In this document: piece by piece, positions 1 to 12,974 of the stretch
Position numbering within the stretch: the stretch's first letter is position 1
How the letters are laid out: the number at the start of each line of letters is the position of its first letter
Source: Trichosphaerium sp. ATCC 40318
Lineage: Eukaryota > Protista > Tubulinea
Length of the DNA: 64,000 bases
Assembly (NCBI GenBank): GCA_038496445.1
Contig: JALMLS010000479.1
Location: forward strand, 62,001-126,000
Direction of reading: 5' to 3'
Notes under the pieces: generated by a model
Databases searched by the model: none
The model's input: only the letters and a program-made list of their open reading frames with translations
What the model was told of the DNA's origin: nothing
Program-made: the position numbers and the translations under genes

Positions 1-16
1 TTCTTTATTCCTTAGG

Positions 17-594
17 GTCAATGGGGAGGTGCTGGAAGCAAGAGAGATCGAAGGTTTGAAAACGCAATGGAAGCTAGAGAAAGAAAACGACAGAAAAAAC
101 TTGAGGATGCTGTTAAAGATCGTTTTGATGCAAAACTTAGTGCAGTTATAATTAATCAAGAAGCTCTTACACCGGTACGCCTTGTAGATTTCGATTTTTT
201 TGATAAAAGGACTCAGCTGAGAATCCAAACTTTTTTTTTTTTTTTGCACGTGGACGTTTTTTTTGACCTTTTTATAGAAAGCCAAGTATAATGTTCCAGA
301 GAAACCATATATGTATGATAATAAGGAAGCATATGAATTAAGCTTATTGCATCCTATTGGTAAAGAATGGAATGCAGTTGGTGCTTATAAAAAACGAATC
401 AGGCCAAGGGTATGTTATTCTTTTTGCTTGATTTTAATCATCTTCGTGCTTTGTGTTGTGCTTATATACGCTTATAGATTGTCAAAAGACGTGGTGTTGC
501 TATCAATCCATTATCACAAAAATATGAGAGGGATTTGGCAGAGAAAGATACGAAGAAACAACGTAGAAACTTGTTCTCAAACATCGTTATGTAA
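17..594 (+). CDS. UTP14: U3 snoRNA-associated protein 14, C-terminal exons (gene starts before the window)
   Basis: Spliced translation gives GQWGGAG...DAKLSAVIINQE...YELSLLHPIGKEWN...KKRIRPR|IVKRRGVAINPL, matching the Utp14 C-terminal motifs (WGSWGG; YERSL..PIG.EWN; PR...K.G..I.P). Two GT-AG introns; TAA at 592-594. Confidence 0.85.
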
Positions 595-726
595 AAAGGA
601 AAAAAAAAACCAGAAAAAAAAAAATATCCAAAGAAAAAAATAAATGTACTATATTTCCACACAAACTTGTTTTGTTGTGAAGCTTCTAAAGATATTGTAA
701 AAGAAGCAACTTAAGTTTATATTTAT

Positions 727-3656
727 TTATGGTTGTCCAAATCTTGCATTCCACATTCGTTGGTTCCGTTCTGTTCTCCTTTCGGTGCAGGTTGTTGTTA
801 TACTTGGTGCTTCTGTAGTTGGCGGTTCTGTAGACATTGGTGGTCCTGTAGTTGGCGGTTCTGTTGACATTGGTGGTTCTGTTGACATTGGTCCTAGGTT
901 TTGATATCAGCATGCTGATGCTAAGTAGTCTGTTGTTTAGTTACCGAAATCAATGATAATTGATGCTGGATCAACAGTAATAGATGCTGTCATTGGACAT
1001 GATGGACACATCACATTTCCTGGTACGTCTACAAACTGTCCCATTGTCATTGTATTTGTTGCAATAGTTACCTGTCCTGAGGGCATTATACCATCAGAGA
1101 GTACTATTTCAACATTGATAGTCCCAGCAAGATTCCATGCCTAAACATAACATTACTCATTGTTTCTATTGTTAGAGTGACACATACACCAACAACATTC
1201 AAAACACCTTGTATCATTCCCATTTCAAAGTGTAGTTGTATTGTACTAACACCACTAAACGAGTTGGTGAGATATAAGAATACAACAGTACAATAAAATA
1301 CTATTGTCACGTGCCTAAATGTAACGTCTCCATTGAAATCAAGATCAGACTCTAATGATAAATTCAAAGGTCCTGTTACTGGTGACGTTGTCTCTACAGT
1401 CCGTGTTGGAGCACTTGAAGTACTTGTAATCATAATCACGTTTGATAGAACCGTTTGGTCAATTGTTATCTGTCCTGCTTCAATAACAACTCTTGAACCA
1501 GTATCAAGGTTGGAAACTTGATGATTTCCTTGACGAATACGGAGAATACCTGGTCCCATCATATTTACTCTGTGTAACAGTCAACTATACAAGCGTGTTG
1601 AGTATTCACGTGCCCCATATTACCGTATGTTTGAGCGGTTGGAGTGTCGACTATCAGCTCATTTTGGTTTGTTGTAAAGGTAAGGCTAATCAGATTTTCA
1701 TTTGTGGTTGTAATTGTCAGCTATTAAACAGTTAGGAGGATACATAAAAACATATTACATACCTTGGAAGAACCATCAAGTACGAAGTTGTCGCCTTCAG
1801 CGGTACCTGTTGTAACATCAACATCTTCTACAGCAAGGTCCCCAGTTACTGGTCCTTTTAAGCTCACCTGTAATATGTATAAGTTGACATAGGATACGGC
1901 AACACACCAAGGTAAGAGCAAAAGTCGATAAAATGCGAGTTGGACTCTGTGCATCTATTGACAAGCCACTAATGTCATTTGTTTCGAAAGAAAGACGAGT
2001 TTCATCAACTCTGTTGTGCATCACAACAACTAGTTTACAGTCAATACAAGTTGTACGCCCATCATATTGATACCTTCCATGTCCGCGAATGTCACTGTAG
2101 AAACAAAAGACACCATAGGTGAAGACACAACAAGCTGTGTCATGGAGGCGTCTCCTTCATATGAACCTCTAAACTCGCATACCTAGATAATGTTAATTAT
2201 AAAGAAACTATAACGACGTTACTACTTACACCTTCGCCTGTAAGTTGAAGTGATCCTCCTGATCTAAACGTCCAGCTTCCGCCTATCATAGAGGATCCTG
2301 ACTGGATTATAATAACAGGACTACCATCTACAGTGGCAACAACTGCATCCTCTGCAATGAAAGAGAGTAGATTCATATTGGGAACTACTGGAAGTGCTAC
2401 AATTTCTGTAGGAAGAACTCCACTCTTTTCGAAGAACCCCTGTATTCTGAATTCGAAAGAATCTGATCCAACATCTAATGGAGTACCAAAGGTTATTTGG
2501 CGTTTCCCATTACCTCCTGGAACATCCATAGTGTCATCAATAACAAATCGACTTGAAAAAAAAGTTAAAGTTAAATATGTATGAGCTTGATGGTCAGGTT
2601 TTATGTATTGTACCGGAACGTATATACAGGTACGAGTAAAGGTCTGAGAACATCTTCCGTATACTCAAATCTCATTGGCACAGTGATAGGTCCAGCCAAA
2701 AACTCTTGAATGGTTGCTGCGGGAGAGGCGAGAGTGAGACCTCCTCTGGTAGCTTTGAGGTTTATTTGTTAGGATAATACTTCATTATGTATTGGATTGT
2801 ACCTTGTTCTATTGAAAGAACAAGTGCTGTGAAGATGTTATTTGAATATGAAATACGGCTTTGCTGGGTTCCAGCATACAAAAAGTTGTAATTCACGAGG
2901 TCGTCGTTTAAAAAAGTAGTGATAGTGACCTATAACCTCTGCAGTTATGCACAAGCTTTTGAACTGTTAAAAAGTAGCTCAAACTACGCACTACGGCTCC
3001 TGGTGTAAGTGTAAGGGTTACCTCAGCTAGACAGTAATGTATAAGCTCACTCGGATCGAAAGAGGTGCTAGATATTATTACCTGTTAAAGGTAGTCGAAA
3101 AAGGGGCGATGGATTGATTGGTCCATTTATAACTATATCAATTGGATCATTGCCGTCAAAAATCACAAGCTAATAAATAAAATAAATCGTTTTTGTAGAA
3201 ATTAGATAAGTATCACGTGATAAATTAGGAAAACCACGTGATAATTTTTGGAAGAGCACTTCTTTTTCTCCCTTTGTATTTACGTACGCCGCCAACTATA
3301 ACATTCCTGGGAGGGATAGACCCAGCGACAATACATACAGGCTTAGGCTCACAGTCCCTTTTCATTAATAAGGAATGCTTGAAAACTAGCGCAAAACGAA
3401 ATTTATAACGCAACTACCAGTTATCTGGATCATTCCAGTTATTAGACATAGCACTCGCCTATTTTAAAGCAAAAACGCTATTAGCTAACAGCGGTATTGA
3501 AATACACGTACTCCTGTCCATATAACCCTTAAAGATTGGCCATGGGTTATTGTCACGTGGAGAGCCACTATTGGCACATTAACATGATAAATACGATATA
3601 ATAGGTAAATCTGTACCTAACAATAAGGATAATCGGAATAAGGCAAGAGAATCCAT
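727..3656 (-). CDS. Secreted/surface protein family, paralog 1 (multi-exon; signal peptide, WTG...NW N-terminal motif, Pro/Thr-rich tail, no hydrophobic C-terminus)
   Basis: By-eye splicing gives MDSLALFRLSLLLVALHVTITHG/QSLRVIWTG..NNWNDPDNW at the start and PMSTEPP repeats then CTERRTERNQRMWNARFGQP* at the end. Exon ORFs 2197-2529 and 1104-1562 are homologous to paralogs 2 and 3. Confidence 0.7.
811..892 (-). repeat. Coding tandem repeat of about 15-18 bp units (PMSTEP/PTTEP mucin-like stalk)
   Basis: Repeated gttctgt(a/t)gacattggtg and ctgtagttggcg units. Confidence 0.85.
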
Positions 3657-4581
3657 TATCGAGATTTTTGAAGCAAAAAATAATTGTTAAAAAGCTTTTG
3701 AAAAATGTGTTTATTTATTCACGTTCACTAAACAACCAAGAGAATTTCTTTTTTTGAAGGCAATGAAGTTTTTTATTAAGGTATCGATAGCAGGCAAATG
3801 ACAATTGGTATAGAGGGAACAATTTTACTGGCGTTTGATAAGTGAGAGGTAGTTTAAGTACGGTAGTATCGTAAAACAACATCAGCAAGTAGCAGTTCTA
3901 TACAATTGCAGATTACGATTCAAAAAAAAGAGAGATCGTTAGATCTACAGTGCAGGTTATAAGCAATTTGGAGAAATCCAAGAAGTGCACGAAAGGTGAT
4001 CTGTAACTCCAATTTAAATGGGAAGGGTCTCTGGCTACGTGATCCAGGGGATCGAAGCTGAGTGAGACGTATTCTCTCCTCCAATCTGGTATTGTAGATC
4101 AACAAGAGCGCGTGAATCTAACTGCTCCAGAAGAATCCTTTTCAGCTGGCGTTAGGAGAACAATTTTTGAGTATCCACCAAGACTTACATCTCCCCGACA
4201 ACTCTACCACCAACAACAGATTCTTCAACATCAGGATCCAAACTTTGTTTGTTGTCTCTTCAGCACTTTTAACATTGTGTCATCAAATTCTCATTGTAGA
4301 GAAGACGTAAAGCCGGTTAATACTACACGAAGGAGTCTGGAAAACATGTGTCCGTCAAATGACTTCTTTAGAAGTTGTATCGTCTTATATAAAACGTTTT
4401 AGCTCCAAAAAGTATGGTGTCCGTGCAAAAGAGCTGCCACAGTACACTTGCAGCTGAAGCTTACCATTGTGATACATGAGCATGCTCACATATTTATTTA
4501 CATAGTTGGAGCTATGCACGCGCACAAAAATACTTTGATACTGATTTGTCAGTGGTACTACTTTTTATTTTTTGGAAAAAA

Positions 4582-5760
4582 TTAATCAACAATTTTTTTA
4601 ATACCTTTCTTTTCAAGTTCTTTAATGCCGGCTTTTGTAACTTTAGTACCACTCAGTTCTAGTAGCTCTATACTACCAGGTAATGATTTGATACCTTTAT
4701 CTGTAATATTACAATAGCCTAATAGTAATACCTTTACTTCAGATGATATGTCACTAATCCAATCATCCGCTGCCTTTGTAGATGCTAGATCAATTGAGTG
4801 AGTACTAGATAGACTCTTCATAAATACCCCAGTTTCCAATGATTCACAATAGTTAAGGTTGATCTCATGTACACCAACCAAAGCCGAAACACCTACATCA
4901 GTGACGTGTGTATGCTTCAAATTTATGGTATGTACACCAACTAATGCTGCTACACCTTTATCTGTTACATCCACACAATACGTTAAATCTATATCATGTA
5001 CACCTGCTAATGCTATAATAGAATCTGCTACATGTGTATAACTTAAATCTATGCTATATACACCAGCTAATGACGATACATCTGTTATTTTTGTTCCAGC
5101 TAATTTAATTGTATGTACACCTGCCAAAGAAGGTATACCCAAGTCAGTTATAAGTTCACAGTCGCTTAAATCTATTGTATGCACTCCAGATAAGACAAAC
5201 AAAACGTCATCTGTAGCTTTAGATCCAACTATACTTATCCATGGTACTCCAGAGAGAGCCATCAAACCTACTTCTGTAATATCTTCTGCTTTTTCCAAAC
5301 AAATGTCAAGGAGGTAAGGAGCAAGTTTTTCTAAGCATTCATCTGTTATTTCAGGACAACGCTTTAGTTCCAACTCTTCAACACCAATCAAATGATTCAA
5401 TCCTGTATCTGATATGCCGTCAAAGAAAAGGCTTATTGATTTAATACCAGAAAGAAGAGCAAGATCTTTATCCCTAGCTCTCTGAAAGTATCTTGTTGAT
5501 ACTGTAGTGTTCTGTAGAAGAGGGCTTCCTTCGAGATAAGAAAAACAATCGCGTGATTTAATATAGATTGTGCCATACCCAATATGAGTATGAATGATGT
5601 CTCTTAGTCGTCTACAGCTTTGGGAAATAGGAAACAGGAAGACGTACTCCAAAAATGCAAGTAAATGCGCTATTATCTCTGTAGGAATATCTAGAAGCTC
5701 GGTATTGCGAGGTTTTGTAATACGTGCGGTTCTGCGTCGTGTGAGCTTTGTTCGTTTCAT
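4582..5760 (-). CDS. F-box/LRR protein (intronless, divergent family member)
   Basis: F-box LLDIPTEIIAHLLAFL...ISQSCRRLRDII, followed by GVHxIxLxx(C/T)xxTD LRRs in a single 392-aa ORF. Confidence 0.9.
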   Translation of the reverse strand: MKRTKLTRRRTARITKPRNTELLDIPTEIIAHLLAFLEYVFLFPISQSCRRLRDIIHTHIGYGTIYIKSRDCFSYLEGSPLLQNTTVSTRYFQRARDKDLALLSGIKSISLFFDGISDTGLNHLIGVEELELKRCPEITDECLEKLAPYLLDICLEKAEDITEVGLMALSGVPWISIVGSKATDDVLFVLSGVHTIDLSDCELITDLGIPSLAGVHTIKLAGTKITDVSSLAGVYSIDLSYTHVADSIIALAGVHDIDLTYCVDVTDKGVAALVGVHTINLKHTHVTDVGVSALVGVHEINLNYCESLETGVFMKSLSSTHSIDLASTKAADDWISDISSEVKVLLLGYCNITDKGIKSLPGSIELLELSGTKVTKAGIKELEKKGIKKIVD

Positions 5761-6377
5761 GGTTGCGTTCGTAGTCTTTGTTGGGTTGTTATCAATACGT
5801 TGCGAGGTTTAAAAGCCGTGGATAAAGAAACGGCTTAATTTAGTTGACTGTTGGTTTTCCCGCGCAAAATTCGTGTCGATGTGAATGTTTCGCTAAATCA
5901 CAAACAATGCGACAATTTGGGATTTGACCTGAAATAGCGCTATTTTGGTTTAGCGCCTGATTTTTCGGGATGGTTTGTGAGCATAGGTAGCCGTATGCAA
6001 CTCTGCAAGCTATACCATTAGTGTATCCTTGTGAGTAATTCACGTGATCATAAAAGCAGAAAGTCATGTCCGTGCTAAAAAATCGGAGTATCCTTTTAAA
6101 AAGTAGCGCTACAATAAAATGGTGCTACTTCAAGTCAAATCCGCGCAATTTGACACATAGTCCAAAAGCCTAGTCAGTCTACTACCGTATTATTCCTAGA
6201 CTCAAAGCCTTACAATAAAACAACCAGCCATAATGGTCATAAACCAAAAAACACTGTAACTTTTTAACTAATAATTTATTTACTTTTTAGGAATTTCATC
6301 CAATAGGTTTAGTATTGTTAAGTTACAATCACAACGATGTTTTAGAGTATAAAAAGCTACTATTTCTAAATCTGTCA

Positions 6378-9300
6378 CTAACGTTTAACACGTGTTCCAT
6401 GTATTGCGACCCACATTCGTAGGTTCCTTTCTGCTCTCCTTTCAGAGCAGGTTGGTGGTGGCTCTGTCGGTGATATAGTAGTAGGTGGTTCTGTAGACAT
6501 TGGTGGTTCTGTAGACATTGGTGGTTCTGTAGACATTGGTGGTTCTGTTGACATTGATCCTAGATTTTGATATCAGCATACTGCTGCTAAGTAGCTGGTT
6601 GCGAAGTACCGAAATCAATGATAATTGATGCTGGATCAACAGTAATAGATGCTGTCATTGGACATGATGGACACATCACATTTCCTGGTACGTCTACAAA
6701 CTGTCCCATCGTCATTGTGTTTGTTGCAATAGTTACCTGTCCTGAGGGCATTATACCATCAGAGAGTACTATTTCAACATTGATAGTCCCAGCAAGATTC
6801 CATGCCTAAACATCACATTACTCATTGTTTCTATTGTTAGAGTAACACATACACCAACAACATTCAAAACACCTTGTATCATTCCCATTTCAAAGTGAAG
6901 TTGTATTGTACTAACACCACTAACCAATGGTGAGATATAAGAATACAACAGTAGAAATAAAATACTATTGTCACATGCCTAAATGTAACGTCGCCCGAGA
7001 AATCAAGATCAGACTCTACGTCCAGATTTAATGGCCCAATTAGTGGTAACGTCGCTACAACCTTCCTCATTGGAGCAGTTGATGTACTGGTAATCATGAC
7101 GTTGTTTGATAGAATCGACTGATCAATCGTTATCTGACCCGCTTCAATCACAACTCTAGAGCCAGCCTCAAGGTTGGAAACTTGATGATTCCCTTGACGA
7201 ATACGGAGAACGCCTGGTCCATTCATAGTAAGACTATCGTTACATATTAGTACACATAGACAATAACAAAGCTCAAAGTTAACATGGTTTGAAGCATCAC
7301 GTACCCCATGTTGCCATATGTTTGAGTGGTTGATGTGTCAACTATCAACTCAGTTTGGATTGTATTAAAAGTAATGCCATTCAGGTTTTCATTTGTATTT
7401 GTAATCGTGAGCTGTTAAACATTAGCGAACAATGAAAACGGCTATTAATACGCACTTTGGATCCATCAAGTACAATGCTATTTCCTTCAGCGATACCTGT
7501 TATGACATCGACATTATCCAGAGTAAGATCGCTGGAATCAGGTGCATTTAAGCACGCCTTCAAATGTGTAAGTCACAAAGTGTATTATTTGGAACGTACA
7601 AAGCTTAGATCAAGTGAAGACAAAATACGAGTTTGGCTTCTTGCATCAATTGACAAGCCATTGATGTTGTTTGTTTCAAAAGAAAGACGAGTTTCATCAT
7701 CAACTCTATCATGCATCACAACAACTAGTTTCGCAATTTGGTTAGCCATGAATAGATACACTGACATTTACAATACCTTCCATGTTTTGTAGTTGTGATG
7801 AAGCGGTGAATGTGACAACGGGCGATGATACAACAAGGTGTCCTTGAGCACCTGAAGACCGTTTTGTAGAGGAGCCTCCGATAAATATACCTTCAAAACT
7901 ACAGCTCTAAAGAGTTGTAAGAACAGGTAAGAATAACCCAAAGTGAAGCAAGTACTTACACCTTGACCAAGTAGTTGAAGTGATCCTCCTGATGTAAACA
8001 TCCAGTTTCCTCCAATCACAGATTCTCTTGACTGTTTGATAATAAAAGGACTGCCATCCACAGTGGCAACAAAACCAGATTCTGAAGTGAAAGAGAGTAA
8101 ATCTGTATCCTTTTCTGCATACACTTCAGTTGGATAGATTCCTGTTTTGTCCAAGCTTTCAGTCATACGAAAATCGAAAAACGCTGATACAAGGCCTGTT
8201 GATTCTGATTGAAACATGATCTGCCTCTTTTCAACAACAATGGAAGGTACAACAATACTATCATCAATGACTGTTCGCCTTGGAAAAAGAGTTAACACAA
8301 AATGACGCAATCGTTAGCGAAAAAAGGTTGGAGTACAATGAGGTACTTTAAGATGTATTCAGGTTCAAATGTAGGGATTTGAGTGTGACGGAAAAACATA
8401 GGAACCATGTAAGGTCCAGCCAAAAAATCAAGATTGACTCCACTTGCAGAGTTAAGGTGCAAACCACTTCCAGTTCCTGAAGGTTATTTGTTAACTATCT
8501 GAAATTGTACAAGTAGTACATTTGACAGAAGAAACATACCTCTTTCTAAAGATAAAGAGTCTGGATTGAATACAGATATCCCACTTATAAATTCAACAAC
8601 ACAAAACTGTGAACCACCATAGAAGAAGTTAAATCCAACCAAACGTATTCCACGGGAAGCTTCTATGCGGATCTACAAAAACAAAAAAAACAACTTAACA
8701 ATTGACAAACAACTTAACCATCAATCGACAAACTTGGTTTTTGTTTTTTCGATTTCGCTTTTGCTTTTTGTAAAAGTCATACCTGAGCTCCTTCTGTTAT
8801 TTCAATGTTTACATCACCTACGTCAGCATGAGTACGCAGGTGAAAAAGGTTAAGATTGTAGCCATTGTGTACTTGTTAAAGGTTCGCGGAATAGTGGTGG
8901 AGGGTCGATACCTGTTCTTATAGTTACATCAATGGGTTCAATGCCTTGAAATTTTACAATCTAAAACAATAAAACATAAATCAACTGTTGTGGCTTAATG
9001 TTGTTTATCATCCAAACAAATCAACTTGAGTTGCACGTACATCCAGACCATCAACGCCTGTGGCTGGAGGTATGACACTTTCACAAAATGGTAATGGTGT
9101 ACAATCCCTGAAACAGTTGTTAATGTATGTGAGAGCGAACAAACAGGGATTATGAACAAAACAAGGGAACAGATTTTGGGTAAAGTTTTTTTTCTCACGT
9201 TTGCACAACGAAGCGCAAGTGTAAGATTGTAATATTCCGTACCAGTTACCAACATCGAGGAAGAAATTGGTGTTTCCCTACATATTAGGCTTAATTATGT

Positions 9301-9747
9301 GCCACAGCAAAAGGTCGCGTATTAACACGTGTCGGTTTTAACAAATTAAGCTGACTAATTGTTGCGAGTTTTCTAAATGCTTGAAATCCTTAATTATGTA
9401 CATATCGTGATATAAAATCGGGTGCGCTTATTTAGAAGTGGCTTTGACAAGCAGAGTCACCAGAAATTTGCAAAAAAACCCAATTTGTTTTTCGCCTTAA
9501 AAACTCACCACTAGGACACTATACAACATAGTACAAGTACCCGAGCAAAATAAAGGGTTCATAAAATCGGGGATGATAATTTGAAAACCAACATTAATAC
9601 ACTAAACACGCACGTTTCCTGTCCAAATGAATTCGAATTGGCCTTGAACTACTGCCAGGTGGAAAACAGCTGGTACATCGTTTAGTCGACTATAAAGGGT
9701 ACAGGATAGACAATTTACGCACCCAAACATAATACTACAGCCTTCAT
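6378..9747 (-). CDS. Secreted/surface protein family, paralog 2 (mosaic of paralog 1-like and paralog 3-like sequence)
   Basis: MKAVVLCLAVFHLAVVQG/QFEFIWTGN signal peptide after splicing. Exons are near-identical to 18266-20420 at the 5' end and to 727-1330 at the 3' end. Ends CSERRAERNLRMWVAIHGTRVKR*. Confidence 0.75.
6485..6557 (-). repeat. 18-bp coding tandem repeat, about 4 copies (PMSTEP)
   Basis: ggtggttctgtagacatt repeated. Confidence 0.9.
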
Positions 9748-9865
9748 GTTGTTTAGAAAAAGTGTAATTACACTCTAAGTAGGTTCCAAAGTGTCTTCAG
9801 TGAATGATTAATTGTACGATATTACATCAAATTTGTAGTATATATTCCTCGCTGTATTAACCTCT
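7230..9865. repeat. Arm of a recent inverted segmental duplication (partner about 18155-20460)
   Basis: Exons, introns (e.g. 8700-8790 vs 18960-19060) and about 110 bp of upstream sequence (9780-9862 vs 18160-18230) are near-identical in reverse complement. Confidence 0.85.
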
Positions 9866-11610
9866 AACAGAGGATACCCTCCCTTGTAAGACATTCGGTT
9901 GCTAAGAGGAGATATAACACACCTTCATATGACGTCAGCCAAAAACTACAAAACTACATTGCACTTTTATGTGTTGCTGACTAGTGGCCTTTACAGCGAA
10001 TTTGAAACCATCTCTTTTAGCAGATTGTTTCTCTTCCTATTTTCATGTGCTCTTAGTATAACCACGCATAGTTTAAGAAGAATATGTGGAACCGCTGTAT
10101 GACAAACATAAAACACTTTCATCTATTCACGTGAATTTATCACGTGATACTTTTTTCTTTTTTGAGATTTTTGTTTATTTTGTTTACAAGATTGATTTAG
10201 GGTCACACGAAATCAAGTCGCCTGTTGCCCTCCTACTGATTATGTTTGGTCATAGTTTCAAATGAGAAATTGAGTGGACTAGAGATCATCTGGTAACAAA
10301 TGAAGATGTTCATGGCGAAAGACCCACGTGCGTATTTGTGATTCTGACACAGCTGATATTATCAAAGAATGTCTTGAGTGAATGCAGCCATCAACAGATC
10401 TATTAAGTTGTATCCACAAGAGGACATATAATCTTGATGATGTCAAACGTCAACCTTTACTTCATTTTTTCTTTGTTAAATTCAAAACCTGACTCAATGA
10501 CGTCTTATAATTGCGCTCTCTAAGTAGAATTATCAAAACACAAACCAGGCAAGGTACAAAAACAAACAGTGCTTAACAGAAAGCCGTTTTTTTTCTTGCA
10601 CTAATTTGAAAAAAAACCGAACAGTGTTTTGTTCATTGCTTAGTTCCTTCTTTCTAGGCTTACTTAGGTTATGAGGCAGGTATATGTATAGTTGATATTA
10701 CAAAACTATGATCGCAGGCTGTAATGTTGTAGACTCCTTGCATGAAATTAGTAATATCTTGTGACGATAAACACGTTTTTATGCTACTTCCAAACAATAT
10801 CAGTTTTGACACATCAACCAACCCTGTTCGCAAGTTATCTCTCAAATATAATGGCGCTCCTGTATATGTTACTGAAGGTGGTTGTGTATGCACTGATACC
10901 AACAATTGCGATGTATTCTACTGCAGGTGAGACCAAAGGTATTTTTAAGTGTACCTTAAATACATCTTCTTCATCGTCTCATTTCGAAGTTTGTTTCGTT
11001 GCTGAAAATCCTAATATTTGCGATGACCTTGCGGACAATGTGTTTGATACTCATTATATAGACAATGATAAAGTATATAAAATCGCGCTATGGTATGCCT
11101 GGAGGTGTTTGTTATACCTTAAAAGGTATCGCAAATGGAGTATCACAAACCGTCTTCCTCATCTTCTAAATATTGTTGCTATGGTGAGTTTGCTGTAGCA
11201 TCAAGAACGCCTAAATGCTATGGTGATGGAGAATCAAATATGGTGGTTGTATGAAGTCTTTCTAAGGGATTTTTTACTTTTTTTAAATTAGACATTGATG
11301 GTGAAAAGAAAATGAAAGATTTTCGTTTTAGAGATTTTTTACTTCTTTTAAATATTCAAACTATGGCTTGTTGGAATAACTCTATTTATTGTATTGTATG
11401 TTTTTCAAATCAGATTTATTTGCTATTTGTGTTTGTAGATTACATGAATCAATTGAACAATATATTTGTAACCCACTTGTACAACCATTCTATTAAATAC
11501 TATTTGTGTTTTTTTTTGTCTTTTAAACAATTTGCCTTGTCTTGATGTGTTTATGTTATTATACGGTCTGTGCCTACCAAGGCCTTTATACCATTATCTG
11601 ATATGTAGTT

Positions 11611-12567
11611 TCATAATTTTAATATGATAGTGTGTACTCCTACCAACGCCTTCAAACTGTCATCTGAAATATTTGTATCTGACAAGTTTATTTCATGTAC
11701 TCCAGCTAATGCTTTGACACCCTCATCTGTTATACTTGTACAATTACACAACCAAATAGTATGTACCCTTGCCAATGACTTCAAACCTTCATCTGTAACA
11801 TTTGTATCTTCCAAACTAATAGCATGTACTCCAGCTAATGCTTTGACACCCTCATCTGTAACCTTTGTACTTTGCAAATTTATTTCATATACACCAGCTA
11901 ACGCTTTGATACCCTCATCTGTAACATTTGTATACTCCAAATAAATAGTATGTACTCCAGCTAATGCTTTGACACCCTCATCTGTTATTATGCCAGAACT
12001 ATATAGATTGATAGTATGTACTCCTGCCAATGACTTCAAACCTTCATCTGTAACATTTGTATCTGACAAGTTAATATCATGTACTCCAGCTAATGCTTTG
12101 ATACCCTCATCTGTTATTTCACGGCAACACTTGAGGTTAATAGTATGTACCCCTGCCAACGCCTTCAAACCCTCATCTGTAACCTTTGTACATTGCAAAT
12201 TTATTTCATGTACTCCAGCTAATGCTTTGACACCCTCATCTGTTATTTCAAAGCAATAATTGAGGTCAACAGTGTGTACTCCTGCAAATAAATGCAAGTC
12301 ACTGTCGGTTGGCCTAAATCGTCCAAAACAAATTGGTGTATTTCGCAGTAACGGACTACCAGAAAGCAATGAAACTTCGTGGTCGCTATTAACAATGATT
12401 TCATTGTATCCAACATGGATATGAACGATATCATGGAGAAAGTGGCAAGTTTGGGCTGCAGGGAGTGTATATGTCCCTTGCCTTAGAATATGAACTATTA
12501 ATTCAACAGGAAGTGAAATAAGATCAAATACGCCTTGATCTCTCTTTTCTGTGTTGGCGCTTTTCAT
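11611..12567 (-). CDS. F-box/LRR protein (intronless, about 11 LRRs)
   Basis: Likely start MKSANTEK (ATG 12567, by comparison with paralogs). F-box FDLISLPVELIVHIL...AQTCHFLHDIV, then 21/22-aa LRRs GVHxIxLxx(C/T)..TDEG.KALA. Confidence 0.9.
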   Translation of the reverse strand: MKSANTEKRDQGVFDLISLPVELIVHILRQGTYTLPAAQTCHFLHDIVHIHVGYNEIIVNSDHEVSLLSGSPLLRNTPICFGRFRPTDSDLHLFAGVHTVDLNYCFEITDEGVKALAGVHEINLQCTKVTDEGLKALAGVHTINLKCCREITDEGIKALAGVHDINLSDTNVTDEGLKSLAGVHTINLYSSGIITDEGVKALAGVHTIYLEYTNVTDEGIKALAGVYEINLQSTKVTDEGVKALAGVHAISLEDTNVTDEGLKSLARVHTIWLCNCTSITDEGVKALAGVHEINLSDTNISDDSLKALVGVHTIILKL

Positions 12568-12974
12568 TTTGTTGTAATACTTGGCTTGGCGGTAGGCTGT
12601 AGCTTCGTTGTCAATAAAAATATCAGCAACTACAGTACTGTAGTACGGTAAACAGAGAAATACGTTGACAATGCTAGTGGTGACGTTTTCCATCACGTGA
12701 TTTTTTTTTTTACGTCTCAAAACCACTTTTTATTACTTTCCACGCGTAGAAATAGCCAGCGCTTCAGGTAAAACATTTTAACATAATTTTGTAGTTTTGA
12801 TATGTCGCTGTGACTGAAAATTGTCTCATACGTTGTGAGGATGTTAAAAAACGGTAGAAGGACAGTAATAAGGCCGTAATTTAGCCATATCCAAAAAAAC
12901 TGTAAATCTATCCTTTTGTAACAATCGCTATTAATAAACTCAACAAGAAAAAAATACGTTTCACTCAAATCTAA

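Noticed and set aside
686-913. ORFs with RTTNVYRT repeats (also 6442-6639)
   Set aside because: Alternative frame of the spliced PMSTEP stalk exon.
3940-4470. Possible decayed non-LTR retrotransposon 3' fragment (W-C-P-C...H)
   Set aside because: No RT or endonuclease motif is recognisable, so the evidence is too weak.
10190-11260. Coding-like fragments with stops (ORFs 10742-11198)
   Set aside because: Probably a decayed gene, but no consistent model or domain could be built.
11624-12259. Antisense ORFs with CTPANALTPSSV repeats (also 4859-5317, 28200-28436, 42224-42832, 43803-44300, 53576-53788)
   Set aside because: These are shadow frames of the LRR genes.
11640-12290. CRISPR array (36-bp repeats with about 30-bp unique spacers)
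   Set aside because: The units are in-frame LRR codons within an F-box ORF, no cas genes are present, and the context is eukaryotic.
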